Shown: positions 16,330-27,692 of the stretch, one piece after another
How the letters are laid out: every line of letters begins with the position of its first letter
Position numbering within the stretch: position 1 is the first letter of the stretch
Assembly (NCBI GenBank): GCA_002269645.1
Contig: NIVC01000366.1
Coordinates: 434,001 to 498,000 of the forward strand
DNA: 64,000 nt
Reading direction: 5' to 3'
DNA from: Macrostomum lignano
Taxonomy: Eukaryota
Notes under the pieces: model-generated
Seen by the model: the letters and a program-made list of their open reading frames with translations, nothing else
Database searches by the model: none
Told to the model about the DNA's origin: nothing
Translations under genes and position numbers: made by a program

Positions 16330-18832
16330 TCTCTACATATAAAAATCAAAACTCTGTCTGTCTGTGTGTCTGTGTGTGGACAATTTTGATCGCTATGGAC
16401 TCCCAAACCGCTCAACCAAATTACACCAAACTTTACACCCACCCTAAACTTACTACGGAGAATGTCTTAGGCTACCTTTTAATTTCCTAGACTCAAGTCT
16501 TCCTACCTAAAAGTACAAAAAACTGCTCAAAATGCGCGATTTTTTCACTAAATCCTCCATAGCGCCGCTCCACTTCTACCGATTCTCTTCAAATTTGACA
16601 CAGGCAATTTTCAACTATTTTGACACAATCGTGTAAAATTTCGAGTCTTAAAGTTAATCCTGAGCGGTGCTGTGCACTTTTAAAGTTAGGCTGTTTTTTT
16701 CAGCGTAGCAACCACCCCAACCTCCGCTCGCCTGCCTCTCTTTCCCGATCTGGGCCCAGATGTGTAAAAGGGTTTCAAAATTGACTAACTTTCAGCTGCC
16801 ATAAGTTTGCTCCACGTAAAGCGATTGATTTCTAACTTAACCCAATTCTTCTTTGATTCATTCTCTGTCTAAATGTAAAGTCTCAACTCTGTATCTCAAA
16901 CAGGACGCAAACTGTAAGCATGTGAAGTTTGTCTGCTTTTTCTGTTGTTTGTGCCGCTCACTCACTCATTCCCCCAGCTCAGACGCGAAGGGTCAGGCGA
17001 TAGGGCTCAATGTACATAGCGAGTGTACAGTGTTTTGGAATAACTTTTTAATAGCCTTCTCTGTACCCCGCGACCACGATTAGACGATTAGAGAGGCGTG
17101 GAGAGGAGAGACAGTTTAGCGAGAGATTCAAACCACTGTCCTCTGTATAGACAAGTCTGCAGCAGTTTAACTGTGGATGGCAAATCAAGAGTCAAGACAA
17201 TGTGGGATGGTTTGTAAAAATAGCGAAAAATAAATGAATAACAACTGATTACAATGCAATTCTACTAAATCAGTTAGTTACAGCATGAAGCTTTTAACAT
17301 TAAAATTCGCATAAGGTAACTTTAAAATTTAAATGGCTCCTAAGAAATGCGTATTTCCCTTGGTTGTTAGACTGCTGCAGAGTGCAGACTTTGGTGGTGG
17401 AGCTGGAGATACACAAATTTCTCTCAAGGGCTGCTAATTGGCCAGAAAGATGACGTGATTAAAGGATAAGAAATGATAACAGCCATGCGAGTACTACGTC
17501 CCACAATTCCACAAACTGGCTTTTGAAGCAGGGATTGGCAGATTTTTATCTCAAAGGCCAGATAAAGAATCCAGCCCATGGCTGCGGGCCAGATGAGAGT
17601 GAAAAGGAAAAGGAATAGACTATTAGAAAGGGAGTAGGGGCGAGAGGGGGCGAAGAGAAACGATAGAAGATAACGCGAGAGACGAGGGGGTTAAGGAGAG
17701 CAGAGAATATGAGCAGGAGAGGGAGCCACCCCAACATCTGGCGAGATGTGGAAAAGGTTTTAAAATAGACCAACTTTCGGCTGTCATAAGTTTGCTCCAC
17801 ATGAAGCGATTGAATTCAAACTTGACAAACTTGATCAAAAAATCTCTGAAAAAGCGATATAGATATAGTTCTACTGACTAAGTGCAAATGCAAGTACAAA
17901 AATGCAAATTTTAACATTTCTTATTAAGTTTTACTTAAAGCCACTTAAAATAAAAAATTTAAATGCCAGATTGAGTGCAGTACAGTACAGCAGAAGGAGA
18001 GCAAGCAGCTCTCACTCATTTCCCCATACCAGGGTCAGTGTGCACGCAACGCAACAATGTACAGTGTTTCGAACAACTTGAATTCTCTCTACCCCAGTGA
18101 AGAGGCTATAAGATGGCAGTTTAGCGAGAAATTTTAACCACTGTGCTAATTCTGATATTGTCTACTGACATTTTCTACATCTCCTCCTTCATCTGTGTAG
18201 GCCTAACTCTGCAAGTTCAACAGCTTGGATGGGAAAGCCCAGGCCGCTCACGCACTCATTCCCCCAGAACAGGGGGTAGGGCTTAGTGTACACTGTACTG
18301 GAATGACATTATTTTTGGCCTTCCTTGCATGCCCAAGGGACACTGCTGGCTATAGGCTACAGATAGGCTGGGCTGCCGTGGATAGTTCTTTGGCAGGGAA
18401 GATATGGTCCATTTACCCCCAGTAGGGAGTCGCCTCCGCTGGCTCCAAGGGGACGAAAGCGCGGACCATGTTGGAGGCACAGATCGATAGCGAAGGACAG
18501 TTTGGTGAGAAATTCTAACCCCCAGGAGCGGATAGAGAAATTTCCAATGGGGGAATGCACACATCTTTTATCTGGGATACACAAAACTGACCAGGGTTGC
18601 GCGCTTCGCCCTCCTCCCTAAATCCGTCCCTGCTAATCCCTGACCTACAATTCGTACAGGTCTAAGTCTAACCCTACAGTTTAGCAGTGGATGAGGAAGA
18701 TGGCAATCGATAAGACTAGCATAGTTGTACGGTGGTACAAAAAGCGATACGATGCAATCCTGATTCCTGAATTAATCACAAAAAATGGAATTTGTAACAC
18801 TAAGTCCTATTTAAAGGCACTTAAAAATTAAA

Positions 18833-21800
18833 ATGCCTCCAAAGAAAAGCGCATTGGGTCGTTTCACTGCAGCAGCTAGACGATTGAGATCTGCAAGGCA
18901 AAGCAATGCGGCTGAAGCAGGAACATCGCATGGCACAGAGGAAGCAGACAACACAGGTAGCTCTGCCCAGGCCAGATCGAGTGCAAGTGCGGTAGAAGAA
19001 CAAGCCCAGAAAAGAAGCCTTCGACCACCGACAAGATCATCGACATCAGCAGCCGGCGCCAGCACTTCCGATGGAACTGGAGGTACACAGTTTCCTCTCA
19101 GGGCTGCAAATTGGGAAGAAAGACGACGTGAACAAAAAAGACAACAAACAGCCGAGGCACGACGCAATGAAACGACTGTCCAGACACAGCAGCGGCAGGA
19201 ACGTAACAGAGATCAGACAGCAGAGGCACGACGCAATGAAACGACTGTCCAGACTCAGCAACGACAGGAACGGGACAGAGATAAGACTGCAGAGGCACGA
19301 CGCAATGAAACGACTGTCCAGACTCAGCAGCGGCAGGAACGTAACAGAGATCAGACCGCAGAGGCACGACGCAATGAAACGACTGTCCAGACTCAGCAAC
19401 GACAGGAACGGGACAGAGATCAGACTGCAGAGGCACGACGCAATGAAACGACTGTCCAGACTCAGCAACGACAGGAGCGGGACAGAGATCAGACCGCAGA
19501 GGCACGACGTAATGAAACGACGGGTGAAGCTGGAGTGCGCCGTGAAGACGATCGAAGACGCCACAGAGAACGCACTGCGGCCTATCGATTTATTGAGCAA
19601 GATGTTGCCCATGACGAATCTGAGCAAGCAATTGGACCACCTCCTTGGGCCCTAAGCTTTGCTCTAAATTATGATCCTACTTTTGTTTATAGCAGCCACC
19701 CAAAGCTTGCTATCGAAAGAATGTCGAAGAAATGTCAGCATTGCAATGCGTTGAGGTGGGCAAATGAGACACCTGGCATGTGCTGTAGCAATGGAAAAGT
19801 CAGACTCACTCCTCTGAATGAGAATCTACCAGACTATCTTCGCCATTTGTTGCTGGGTAACTCTGAGGAATCGGATCATTTTCTGTCCAACATTCGACGA
19901 TACAATAGCTGTTTTCAGTTCACTTCTTTCGGAGCTGAAAGAATAGTTGAAGAGCCAGGCTTCATGCCTACTTTTAAAGTCCAAGGGCAGGTGTACCATC
20001 TGGTGGGATCGTTGCTGCCGCTGCAAGGAGAGGAGCCAAAGTTCCTGCAGATCTACTTCATGGGAGACAGCCACGAAGAAGTTGAGCGCCGATGTAGGAT
20101 TGCTCCAGGTGTGCGACCTAACATTGTTTTCGAGCTACAGGAAATTATGCATGCGCATAACAAGTATGTGCGCGATTTCAAAACTGCTATGGAGCGGCTA
20201 CCTCCAAATGTAGAGGAACTTAGAGTTGTCATTCACGCAACTAAGACGCCTGCTGGCCAACACGAAAGAAGATTCAATGCACCTGTTGTTGACGACGTTG
20301 CCATTCAAATTGTTGGTCAACAGTTTGAAAAGCGAGACATTGTTTTGGAACTGCGAAGCAGCCAGTTAACCAGGATATCTGAGATGCACAGGGGGTATGA
20401 TGCTCTGCAGTACCCTCTTATTTTCTGGGAAGGCGAAGACGGATATCATTTCGATATCCGACAGACTGACATTCGCACCGGAAATCCATCAGCCACAAAG
20501 AAAGTGTCGGCAATGGACTTCTACGCTTATCGGCTCATGGTTCGTGAAGGAAGTTTCAACTGCATTCTTCGGTGTCGAAAGCTACTGCTGCAGTTTGCTG
20601 TGGACATGTACGCTAAAATTGAGTGCGAGAGACTGAATTTCATCCGCTTTAACCAAAAGAAGCTTAGAGTGGAAGAGTACATTCATCTTCGAGACGCTAT
20701 TGCCGGAGAGAGAAATCCGAATGAAATTGGCCAAATGGTTATTTTGCCCTCTTCATTTACTGGTGGCCCACGCTACATGCATGAGCGTACACAAGACGCC
20801 ATGACTTACGTAAGAAAGTACGGTCGCCCCGACCTCTTTATTACTTTCACCTGCAACAGTGCATGGAATGAGCTTAAATCAGAGCTCATGCCGGGACAGC
20901 AAAGTCAGGATAGACACGACTTAGTGGCCCGAGTTTTTCAACTGAAATTGAAACAACTGATGGAATTCATTACCAAAGGAGCTATCTTTGGGCCTACTAG
21001 ATGCGACATGTACACGATCGAATGGCAGAAACGGGGACTGCCACACGCGCATATTCTGATTTGGCTACGGAACCGGATTAGGCCGAATCAAATTGATAGC
21101 GTTATCCGCGCTGAGATTCCTGATCCAGACGAGGACCCTCAGCTCTACCAAATCGTCACTAGGCAGATGATTCATGGACCATGCGGCCGTCTGAAGCCAG
21201 ATTCGCCTTGCATGGTAGATGGCCGTTGCTCCAAGAAATTTCCCAAGGCTCTGCTGCGCGAGACAGTGACCGGCGAAGATGGATACCCGTTGTATCGAAG
21301 AAGGTCACCTGAGGACGGTGGCTTCACCTTTCCAATAATCCTACGTGCAAATGGACAGACTGAGGAGGTGAATTTGGACAACAGGTGGGTCGTTCCCTAC
21401 TGCCCACTCCTGTCGAAAGTGTTCAACGCACACATCAATGTTGAATACTGCAACTCAGTCAAGTCAATCAAGTACATTTGCAAGTATGTCAACAAGGGCA
21501 GCGACCAGGCAGTGTTTGGCCTTGAAAGGCAAGGAGCTGAGCGCGATGAGGTGGCTCGCTACGAGAGTGGACGGTACATCAGCTCAAATGAAGCAATGTG
21601 GCGAATTTTTGGTTTCTCAATTCATGAACGCCACCCAACCGTAGTGCACCTCAGCGTGCACTTGGAGAATGGTCAAAGAGTGTACTTCACCGAGCAAAAC
21701 ATGATGCAGCGAGGTCAGCGACCACCGGACACTACACTCACTGCCTTTTTTAAGTTGTGTGCTGAAGATGCCTTTGCCAGAACCTTACTATACCATCAGG

Positions 21801-23827
21801 TACCTACATACTACACGTGGAACGCCTCTTCGAAAAGTTGGAAACGACGAGTTCAAGGAGCTGCAGTTCCAGGCCATCCAGGAATGCGGCAAACAGATGC
21901 ACTGTCCAGAGTCTACACGGTGCACCCAAATCATCGCGAGTGTTTTTATCTGCGCATGCTACTACACAATGTAGTTGGCCCGTTGTCATTCCAGCACATC
22001 AAGACGGTAGAAGGTCAGATCTGCTTAACTTATCAAGAAGCGTGTCATCGAATGGGGCTACTAGAAGACGACGCGCAGTGGAGAAGCACAATGCAAGAAG
22101 CATCTGTGGTGCGCTCAGCAGGCCAAATGCGAGACCTCTTTGCTATTCTGATTGCCACCTGTGGTCTTTCTAATCCTCTTCAGCTTTGGGAAGACTTCAA
22201 GGAAGATATGGCTGAGGATATTCTCCATCGGGCGCGACAGTTGCTACAGGAGCAGGAATTGCCCTTCACAGAGGCAGTATTCAACGAGGCCTTGCTGCGC
22301 ATTGAGGACAAGGTTTTAGAACTGACGGATCGTCCCTTGCATATTTTTGGACTTCCAACACCTGCAAGGCATCAACAAGAGAATTTGAGTAGGGAGATGC
22401 TGCGAGAAACTAGCTTTGACCGCGAGCAGCTCCGCCAGTTCATTGAGGAAAATGAGCCCCGCCTACTACCTGAGCAGGCAGAGGCGTACCAAGAGGTACT
22501 GCGAAGAGTGAATGACAATTTAGGAGGAATACTTTTCCTGGATGCTCCGGGGGGGACAGGAAAGACTTTTCTGATCAACCTCCTTCTGTCAAAGGTTAGA
22601 CACGGAGGCGATATTGCAATTGCTGTCGCCTCCTCTGGAATCGCAGCCACGCTACTTCCAGGTGGTCGCACTGCTCACTCAGCACTAAAACTGCCACTTG
22701 ATCTGTCAAGAGTTGAAAATCCCCTGTGCAACATAAAGAAGAACAGCGGCACTGCCAGAGTATTACAAGCCTGCAAGCTTATTGTTTGGGATGAGTGTAC
22801 CATGTCCCACAAACTGGCTTTTGAAGCACTTAACCTGACGCTGAAGGATCTGCGCAGCAACAACCAGCTAATGGGTGGTGTCACCCTGCTGCTCTCTGGA
22901 GACTTTAGACAGACGTTGCCTGTAATTCCGCGTGGCACCCCAGCCGATGAGATTAATGCTTGCCTCAAATCTTCGCATCTGTGGCCATCAGTTGAGAAGC
23001 TGCACTTGCGAACCAACATGAGGGCTGCAGTTTATGGCGATGAAACGGCTCATCAGTTTTCTATCAATCTTTTGCGAATTGGTGATGGCCAACTGGAGGT
23101 CAGCCCTGAGGATGGGCTGTCACCAATTGCTGCATTCGGTACAATCGTCTCTTCTGTGCAGGAGCTCAAGGCTAAGGTTTACCTAAACCTGTCGCACAGA
23201 TTTTCTGACATTAACTGGCTGTCAGAGAGAGCCATTTTGTGTCCCAGGAATGACGCAGCTAATGGTATCAACTCTCAGCTGCTCAATGAGCTGCCTGGCA
23301 ATACCACCAGCTACAAGTCAATTGACACAACAATGACTGATGACAATGCTGTGGAGTTTCCAATTGAGTTCTTGAACTCTCTAGAGCCTCCTGGAACGCC
23401 ATCGCACAACCTCCAGTTAAAAGTGGGTGCACCAATTATGCTACTGCGCAATTTGAATGCCCCAAAGCTATGTAACGGCACCAGGCTGATCGTCAAGCAA
23501 CTCTTTCCGAATGTGATTGAGGCAACAATCGTGACAGGATCCGGCAAAGGGCAGTCTGTGTTTATTCCAAGAATTCCAATTATTCCATCGGACCTGCCTT
23601 TTCAATTCAAGCGAGTACAGTTCCCAGTGAAGGTCTGCTTTGCCATGACCATCAACAAAGCCCAAGGACAGTCGCTAAAGGTGGCCGGAATCAACTTGGA
23701 GTCACCCTGCTTCTCACATGGCCAACTTTATGTTGCATGCTCACGCGTTGGAACTCCAGCTGGCCTCTTCATCCTTGCTCCCAGGGGGAGAACAAGGAAT
23801 CTGGTGTATCCTCAGGCACTGCGATAA
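18833..23827 (+). CDS. Helitron RepHel transposase (HUH Rep + PIF1/SF1B helicase), 1664 aa, intact and intronless
   Basis: Zn-finger-like CQHC...MCC; Rep motifs PDLFITFTCN, EWQKRGLPHAHIL (HUH) and KYICKYVNK (Y2); helicase motifs DAPGGTGKT, IVWDECTM, GDFRQTLPV, NGTRL, FAMTINKAQGQS and FSHGQLYVACSRV. No stops or frameshifts. Confidence 0.97.
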   Translation: MPPKKSALGRFTAAARRLRSARQSNAAEAGTSHGTEEADNTGSSAQARSSASAVEEQAQKRSLRPPTRSSTSAAGASTSDGTGGTQFPLRAANWEERRREQKRQQTAEARRNETTVQTQQRQERNRDQTAEARRNETTVQTQQRQERDRDKTAEARRNETTVQTQQRQERNRDQTAEARRNETTVQTQQRQERDRDQTAEARRNETTVQTQQRQERDRDQTAEARRNETTGEAGVRREDDRRRHRERTAAYRFIEQDVAHDESEQAIGPPPWALSFALNYDPTFVYSSHPKLAIERMSKKCQHCNALRWANETPGMCCSNGKVRLTPLNENLPDYLRHLLLGNSEESDHFLSNIRRYNSCFQFTSFGAERIVEEPGFMPTFKVQGQVYHLVGSLLPLQGEEPKFLQIYFMGDSHEEVERRCRIAPGVRPNIVFELQEIMHAHNKYVRDFKTAMERLPPNVEELRVVIHATKTPAGQHERRFNAPVVDDVAIQIVGQQFEKRDIVLELRSSQLTRISEMHRGYDALQYPLIFWEGEDGYHFDIRQTDIRTGNPSATKKVSAMDFYAYRLMVREGSFNCILRCRKLLLQFAVDMYAKIECERLNFIRFNQKKLRVEEYIHLRDAIAGERNPNEIGQMVILPSSFTGGPRYMHERTQDAMTYVRKYGRPDLFITFTCNSAWNELKSELMPGQQSQDRHDLVARVFQLKLKQLMEFITKGAIFGPTRCDMYTIEWQKRGLPHAHILIWLRNRIRPNQIDSVIRAEIPDPDEDPQLYQIVTRQMIHGPCGRLKPDSPCMVDGRCSKKFPKALLRETVTGEDGYPLYRRRSPEDGGFTFPIILRANGQTEEVNLDNRWVVPYCPLLSKVFNAHINVEYCNSVKSIKYICKYVNKGSDQAVFGLERQGAERDEVARYESGRYISSNEAMWRIFGFSIHERHPTVVHLSVHLENGQRVYFTEQNMMQRGQRPPDTTLTAFFKLCAEDAFARTLLYHQVPTYYTWNASSKSWKRRVQGAAVPGHPGMRQTDALSRVYTVHPNHRECFYLRMLLHNVVGPLSFQHIKTVEGQICLTYQEACHRMGLLEDDAQWRSTMQEASVVRSAGQMRDLFAILIATCGLSNPLQLWEDFKEDMAEDILHRARQLLQEQELPFTEAVFNEALLRIEDKVLELTDRPLHIFGLPTPARHQQENLSREMLRETSFDREQLRQFIEENEPRLLPEQAEAYQEVLRRVNDNLGGILFLDAPGGTGKTFLINLLLSKVRHGGDIAIAVASSGIAATLLPGGRTAHSALKLPLDLSRVENPLCNIKKNSGTARVLQACKLIVWDECTMSHKLAFEALNLTLKDLRSNNQLMGGVTLLLSGDFRQTLPVIPRGTPADEINACLKSSHLWPSVEKLHLRTNMRAAVYGDETAHQFSINLLRIGDGQLEVSPEDGLSPIAAFGTIVSSVQELKAKVYLNLSHRFSDINWLSERAILCPRNDAANGINSQLLNELPGNTTSYKSIDTTMTDDNAVEFPIEFLNSLEPPGTPSHNLQLKVGAPIMLLRNLNAPKLCNGTRLIVKQLFPNVIEATIVTGSGKGQSVFIPRIPIIPSDLPFQFKRVQFPVKVCFAMTINKAQGQSLKVAGINLESPCFSHGQLYVACSRVGTPAGLFILAPRGRTRNLVYPQALR
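19147..19522 (+). repeat. 69-bp coding tandem repeat, 5.5 copies (23-aa STPR-like units) in the RepHel N-terminus
   Basis: GAGGCACGACG recurs at 19154, 19223, 19292, 19361, 19430 and 19499; unit ETTVQTQQRQERDRDQTAEARRN. Confidence 0.9.
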
Positions 23828-24615
23828 ACATCTGTGAAAGTTATTACAACTGAACTATATTCACTTTTCACTGACAAGAGCATAACTTATCTTAAAGCTG
23901 AACTTTTATCTATTTGTTAATCTTATTAAAAACTACCTTTATCAGCAGCAGACGTACCAGGCTCGCCTATTCAAATATTTTTTCTTGCTAATTTTTTTCA
24001 AACTTTCTTGCCAGAGTGGACGAACCCCAGAAAACGACTTCAAGGACTTTGCTAACCTACTAAAGCAAGAGTCAAGTAAATTTCGTTCCAGACTGGACTA
24101 GAACTAGAAGATTGATTTGCAAAGAAATTTGGCAGAATAAAGCTTGGTACTTCTACTGTTAATTTGCAGTGTCGATACTAAAATATTATTTTATCACTCC
24201 CCAAATATTTTCCTTATCGGTTTTGCTGTTGTCCTGCATATTCACTCTGCTTAGTTTCTCTAGAATACTTAAACAGCATAACAATTTTTCTCTTTTACTT
24301 AGTCTTAGACAGCAACTACTGTACTGCTTCTTTGTTGCTATGCTTGAAAGCTACATAATAATCCCATCTCCTTAGATAGATTCTATACTGTCCTGATGAT
24401 GTAAACGTTTGTGTAGTCTTAGTTTCTATTCTGTTCTGTTTTATTCTATTCTAGAAATATACTTTTTAACACACATTTATACCAAGTTTTGTTCACACCT
24501 CTATCCTAACTAATAGCAAGTATTTTAGTATGACTTCGGATTTTAGAATACATGCGAAAATGGTTCCGGGGATTGGAATTCCCCGGGTTGAAAATCCGCG
24601 GGTTTCAACAGCTTG

Positions 24616-24638
24616 TCTCTACCTATAAAAATCAAAAC

Positions 24639-24671
<33 letters not shown>

Positions 24672-26671
24672 GGACAAATTACTTCGCTATGGACTCCCAA
24701 ACCGCTCAACCAAATGACACCAAACTTTACACCCACCCTAAACTTACTACGGAGAATGTCTTAGGCTACCTTTAAATTTCCTAGACTCAAGTCTTCCTAC
24801 CTAAAAGTACAAAAAACTGCTCAAAATGCGCGATTTTTTCACTTAATCCTCCATAGCGCCGCTCCACTTCTACCGATTCTCTTCAAATTTGACACAGATA
24901 ATCTTTAACTATTTTGGCACAATCATGTAAAATTTTGAGTCTCAAAGTTAATCCTGAGCGGTGCTGTGCACTTTTAAAGTTAGGCTGTTTTTTTCAGCGT
25001 AGCAACCACCCCAACCTCCGCCCGCCTGCCTCTCTTTCCCGATCCCGATCTGGGCCCAGATGTGTAAAATGGGTTTCAAAATTGACTAACTTTCAGCTGC
25101 CATAAGTTTGCTCCACGTGAAGCGATTGACTTTAAGCTTCACACAATTCTTCATTGACTCATTCTCTGTCTAAATGTAGAGTTACAACTCTCTAACTCTT
25201 TCAGAAAAGAAACTGTAAGCGTGTGAAGTTTGTCTGCTTTTTCTGTTGTTTGTGCCACTCACTCACTCATTCCCCAGAGCCAGACGAAGGATCAGGCGAT
25301 AGGACTGAATGTACATAGCAAATGTACAGTGTTTTGGAATAACTTTTTTATAGCCTTCTCGCACCCCGAGAGTGGAGAGGCTAGGTTTAGCCATAACAGT
25401 TTAATTAGTGAGAAATTCTAATCACTGCCCTCCCCTCCTCTGTATTGGCAAACTCTGCAGCAGTTTAACAGTGGATGGCAATTGGCAGATCGAGGGAATC
25501 CAGCAAAAAAGCGAAAGCGAAAAGCGGTTTGTAAAAGCGAAAGATTTATGAAAAGGCGATGCGATGCAATGCAATACAACCCTACTAAATTAGGCACACC
25601 CATGGAAATTTTAGGTTTCTTTTAAAGGTAGTGTGTAAATTTTAAATGGCCTCCTAAGAAATGCGTATTTCCTTGGTTGTTAGACTGATGCAGACTGCAG
25701 TGGAGCTGAAAATACAAAAATTCCTTTCAGGGCTGCAAATTGGCAAGAAAGATGACGTGATCAAAGCATGAGAATAACGATGAGAGTAGTACGTCCCACA
25801 AACTGGCTTTCGAAGCAGGGATCGGCAGACTTTTACTTCAAAAGCCAGAAAAAGAATCCAGCTTATGTGCGGGCCAGATGAGAGTGGAAAGGAGAAGGAA
25901 TAGACTATTTAGAAGAGAGGAGAGGCGAGAGGGGGATAAAGAAAACATGGAAGATAAGAGGGGAGACAAGTGGTGAGGAGAGAGCAGAGAAGAAGGGAGG
26001 AAGAAGCGAGAGGAGGGGAGAAAGGAGGGAGAGGAAAGAGTAAATGTGAGAAGAGAGGAGAGATGAGACAGAGGATCGATGAGAGGAGAATAGAGAAGAG
26101 TGAGAAGAGAGTAGAGATGAGTAAATGTGAGAAGAGGGTAGAGATGAGACAGAGGATCGATGAGAGGAGAATAGAGAAGAGTGAGAAGAGAGAAGATATG
26201 AGAGAGCAGAAAGAAGATGACAGAGGGTCAAGAGGAGAGGAGAGATTAGAGAGGAGAGAGTAGAAAGGATAGAGAAGAAATGAGATAAGAGGGGGAGAGA
26301 GGAGTGAGAAGAGAAGAGATAGAGATAAGAGAGGGGTGTAAGAAGAGGGGAGAAAGGAGAGATGAGATTGTAGAGATGAGACAGATTAAAGGAGAGATGA
26401 GAGAGTAAAGATGAGAGATGAAAAAGGTGAGAGGAGAGTGCAGAGAGACGAGAGCAGACAAGAGAGGGAGACAGTATAGAAGAGGGAAGAGAAGAGAAGA
26501 GGAGAGGAGAAAGGAGAAAGGAAAGAGAGGAGTCAGAAGAGGTGAAAGAGAAGAGTACAGAGGAGATAAGTGAGAGAACGTATAAGAGAGTAAAGATGAC
26601 AGATGAGAGAGAAGAGATGAGGGTGAACAGACGAGAGACGGGAGAGGAGAGATAAGAGAGAGAGAGAGAGG

Positions 26672-26714
<43 letters not shown>

Positions 26715-27636
26715 GAGCAGAGAGAAACGAGAAGAGATAAGAGAGAAAAGATAAAAGAAGAGAAAGGAGAGATGAAAGAGCAGACGAGAGAGAAGAGAGG
26801 TGAGGGAAAAGACGAGCGACGAGGGGAGAGAGAAGAGATAAAACAAGAAAAGAGATAAAAGGAAAGAGAGAGAGGAAAGAGGTGAGGGAAGAGACGAGAG
26901 AAAAGGGGAGAGATGAGAGAGAGAGGAAAGAGGAGAGAGGAGAGATGAGAGAGTAAAGGAGAGAGTTGAGAGATGAGAGAAAAGAATAGAGAGGAGAAGG
27001 AAGAGACGAGAGAAGAGGGGGAGAGAGGAGAGAGGAGAGGAGAGAGAAAAGAAGAGGGAAGAGATAAGATAAGAGATATGAAAGAGAAGAAAGATGAGGG
27101 AGGATACGAAAGAAGATGGGAGAGAGGAGAGAGGAGAGGAGAGGAGAGAGAAAACGAAAGAGTTGAGAGGAGAGAGGAGAGCAGAGAGAAAACGAAAAGT
27201 AGAAAGGAGAGAGGAGAGGAGAGAGAAAAGAATAGGGAAGAGATGAGGGAAGATACGAGAGAAGAGAGGAGAGAAGAGAGAGGAAAGAGTAGAGACGAGG
27301 GATGAGAGAGAAGAAAGGAAACAGAAGAGACGATAGAAATATTAAAGGATCCAAGGGACATAGGGAGAGTCAGGGAGAGGCCAGAGTTTGCCAATACATG
27401 TTTTAGAGTCAGACAGACATTGCCTGACATTCTGCGGAGTACCCCCAGCCAACAATATCAATGTTTGCCTCAAACCCTAATTTTACACGAATGTGCTCCA
27501 TTTTATGTCCACCTCTATCTTACTAACTATTAACAAGTTTTTGTTTGTGTATTGCCTTAGATTTCAGAATACATGCAAAAGTAGTTCCAGGGATTGGAAT
27601 TCCCCGGGTTCAAAATCCGCGGGTTTCAACAGCTTG
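24616..27636 (+). mobile_element. Non-autonomous Helitron, copy D (3021 bp)
   Basis: Exact CTTG|TCTCTACC junctions at both ends; same internal layout as copy B. Confidence 0.92.
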
Positions 27637-27659
27637 TCTCTACCTATAAAAATCAAAAC

Positions 27660-27692
<33 letters not shown>

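Larger units (their letters stand above)
16330..24615 (+). mobile_element. Autonomous Helitron (Helitron1-type), copy C (8286 bp)
   Basis: Same TC 5' end and hairpin+CTTG 3' end as the non-autonomous copies; contains the intact RepHel ORF. Confidence 0.93.

Noticed and set aside
18833-23827. Helentron/Helitron2 assignment or a captured host gene in copy C
   Set aside because: No endonuclease or OTU domain follows the helicase, the ends are TC...hairpin type, and no host exon is recognisable in the UTRs.
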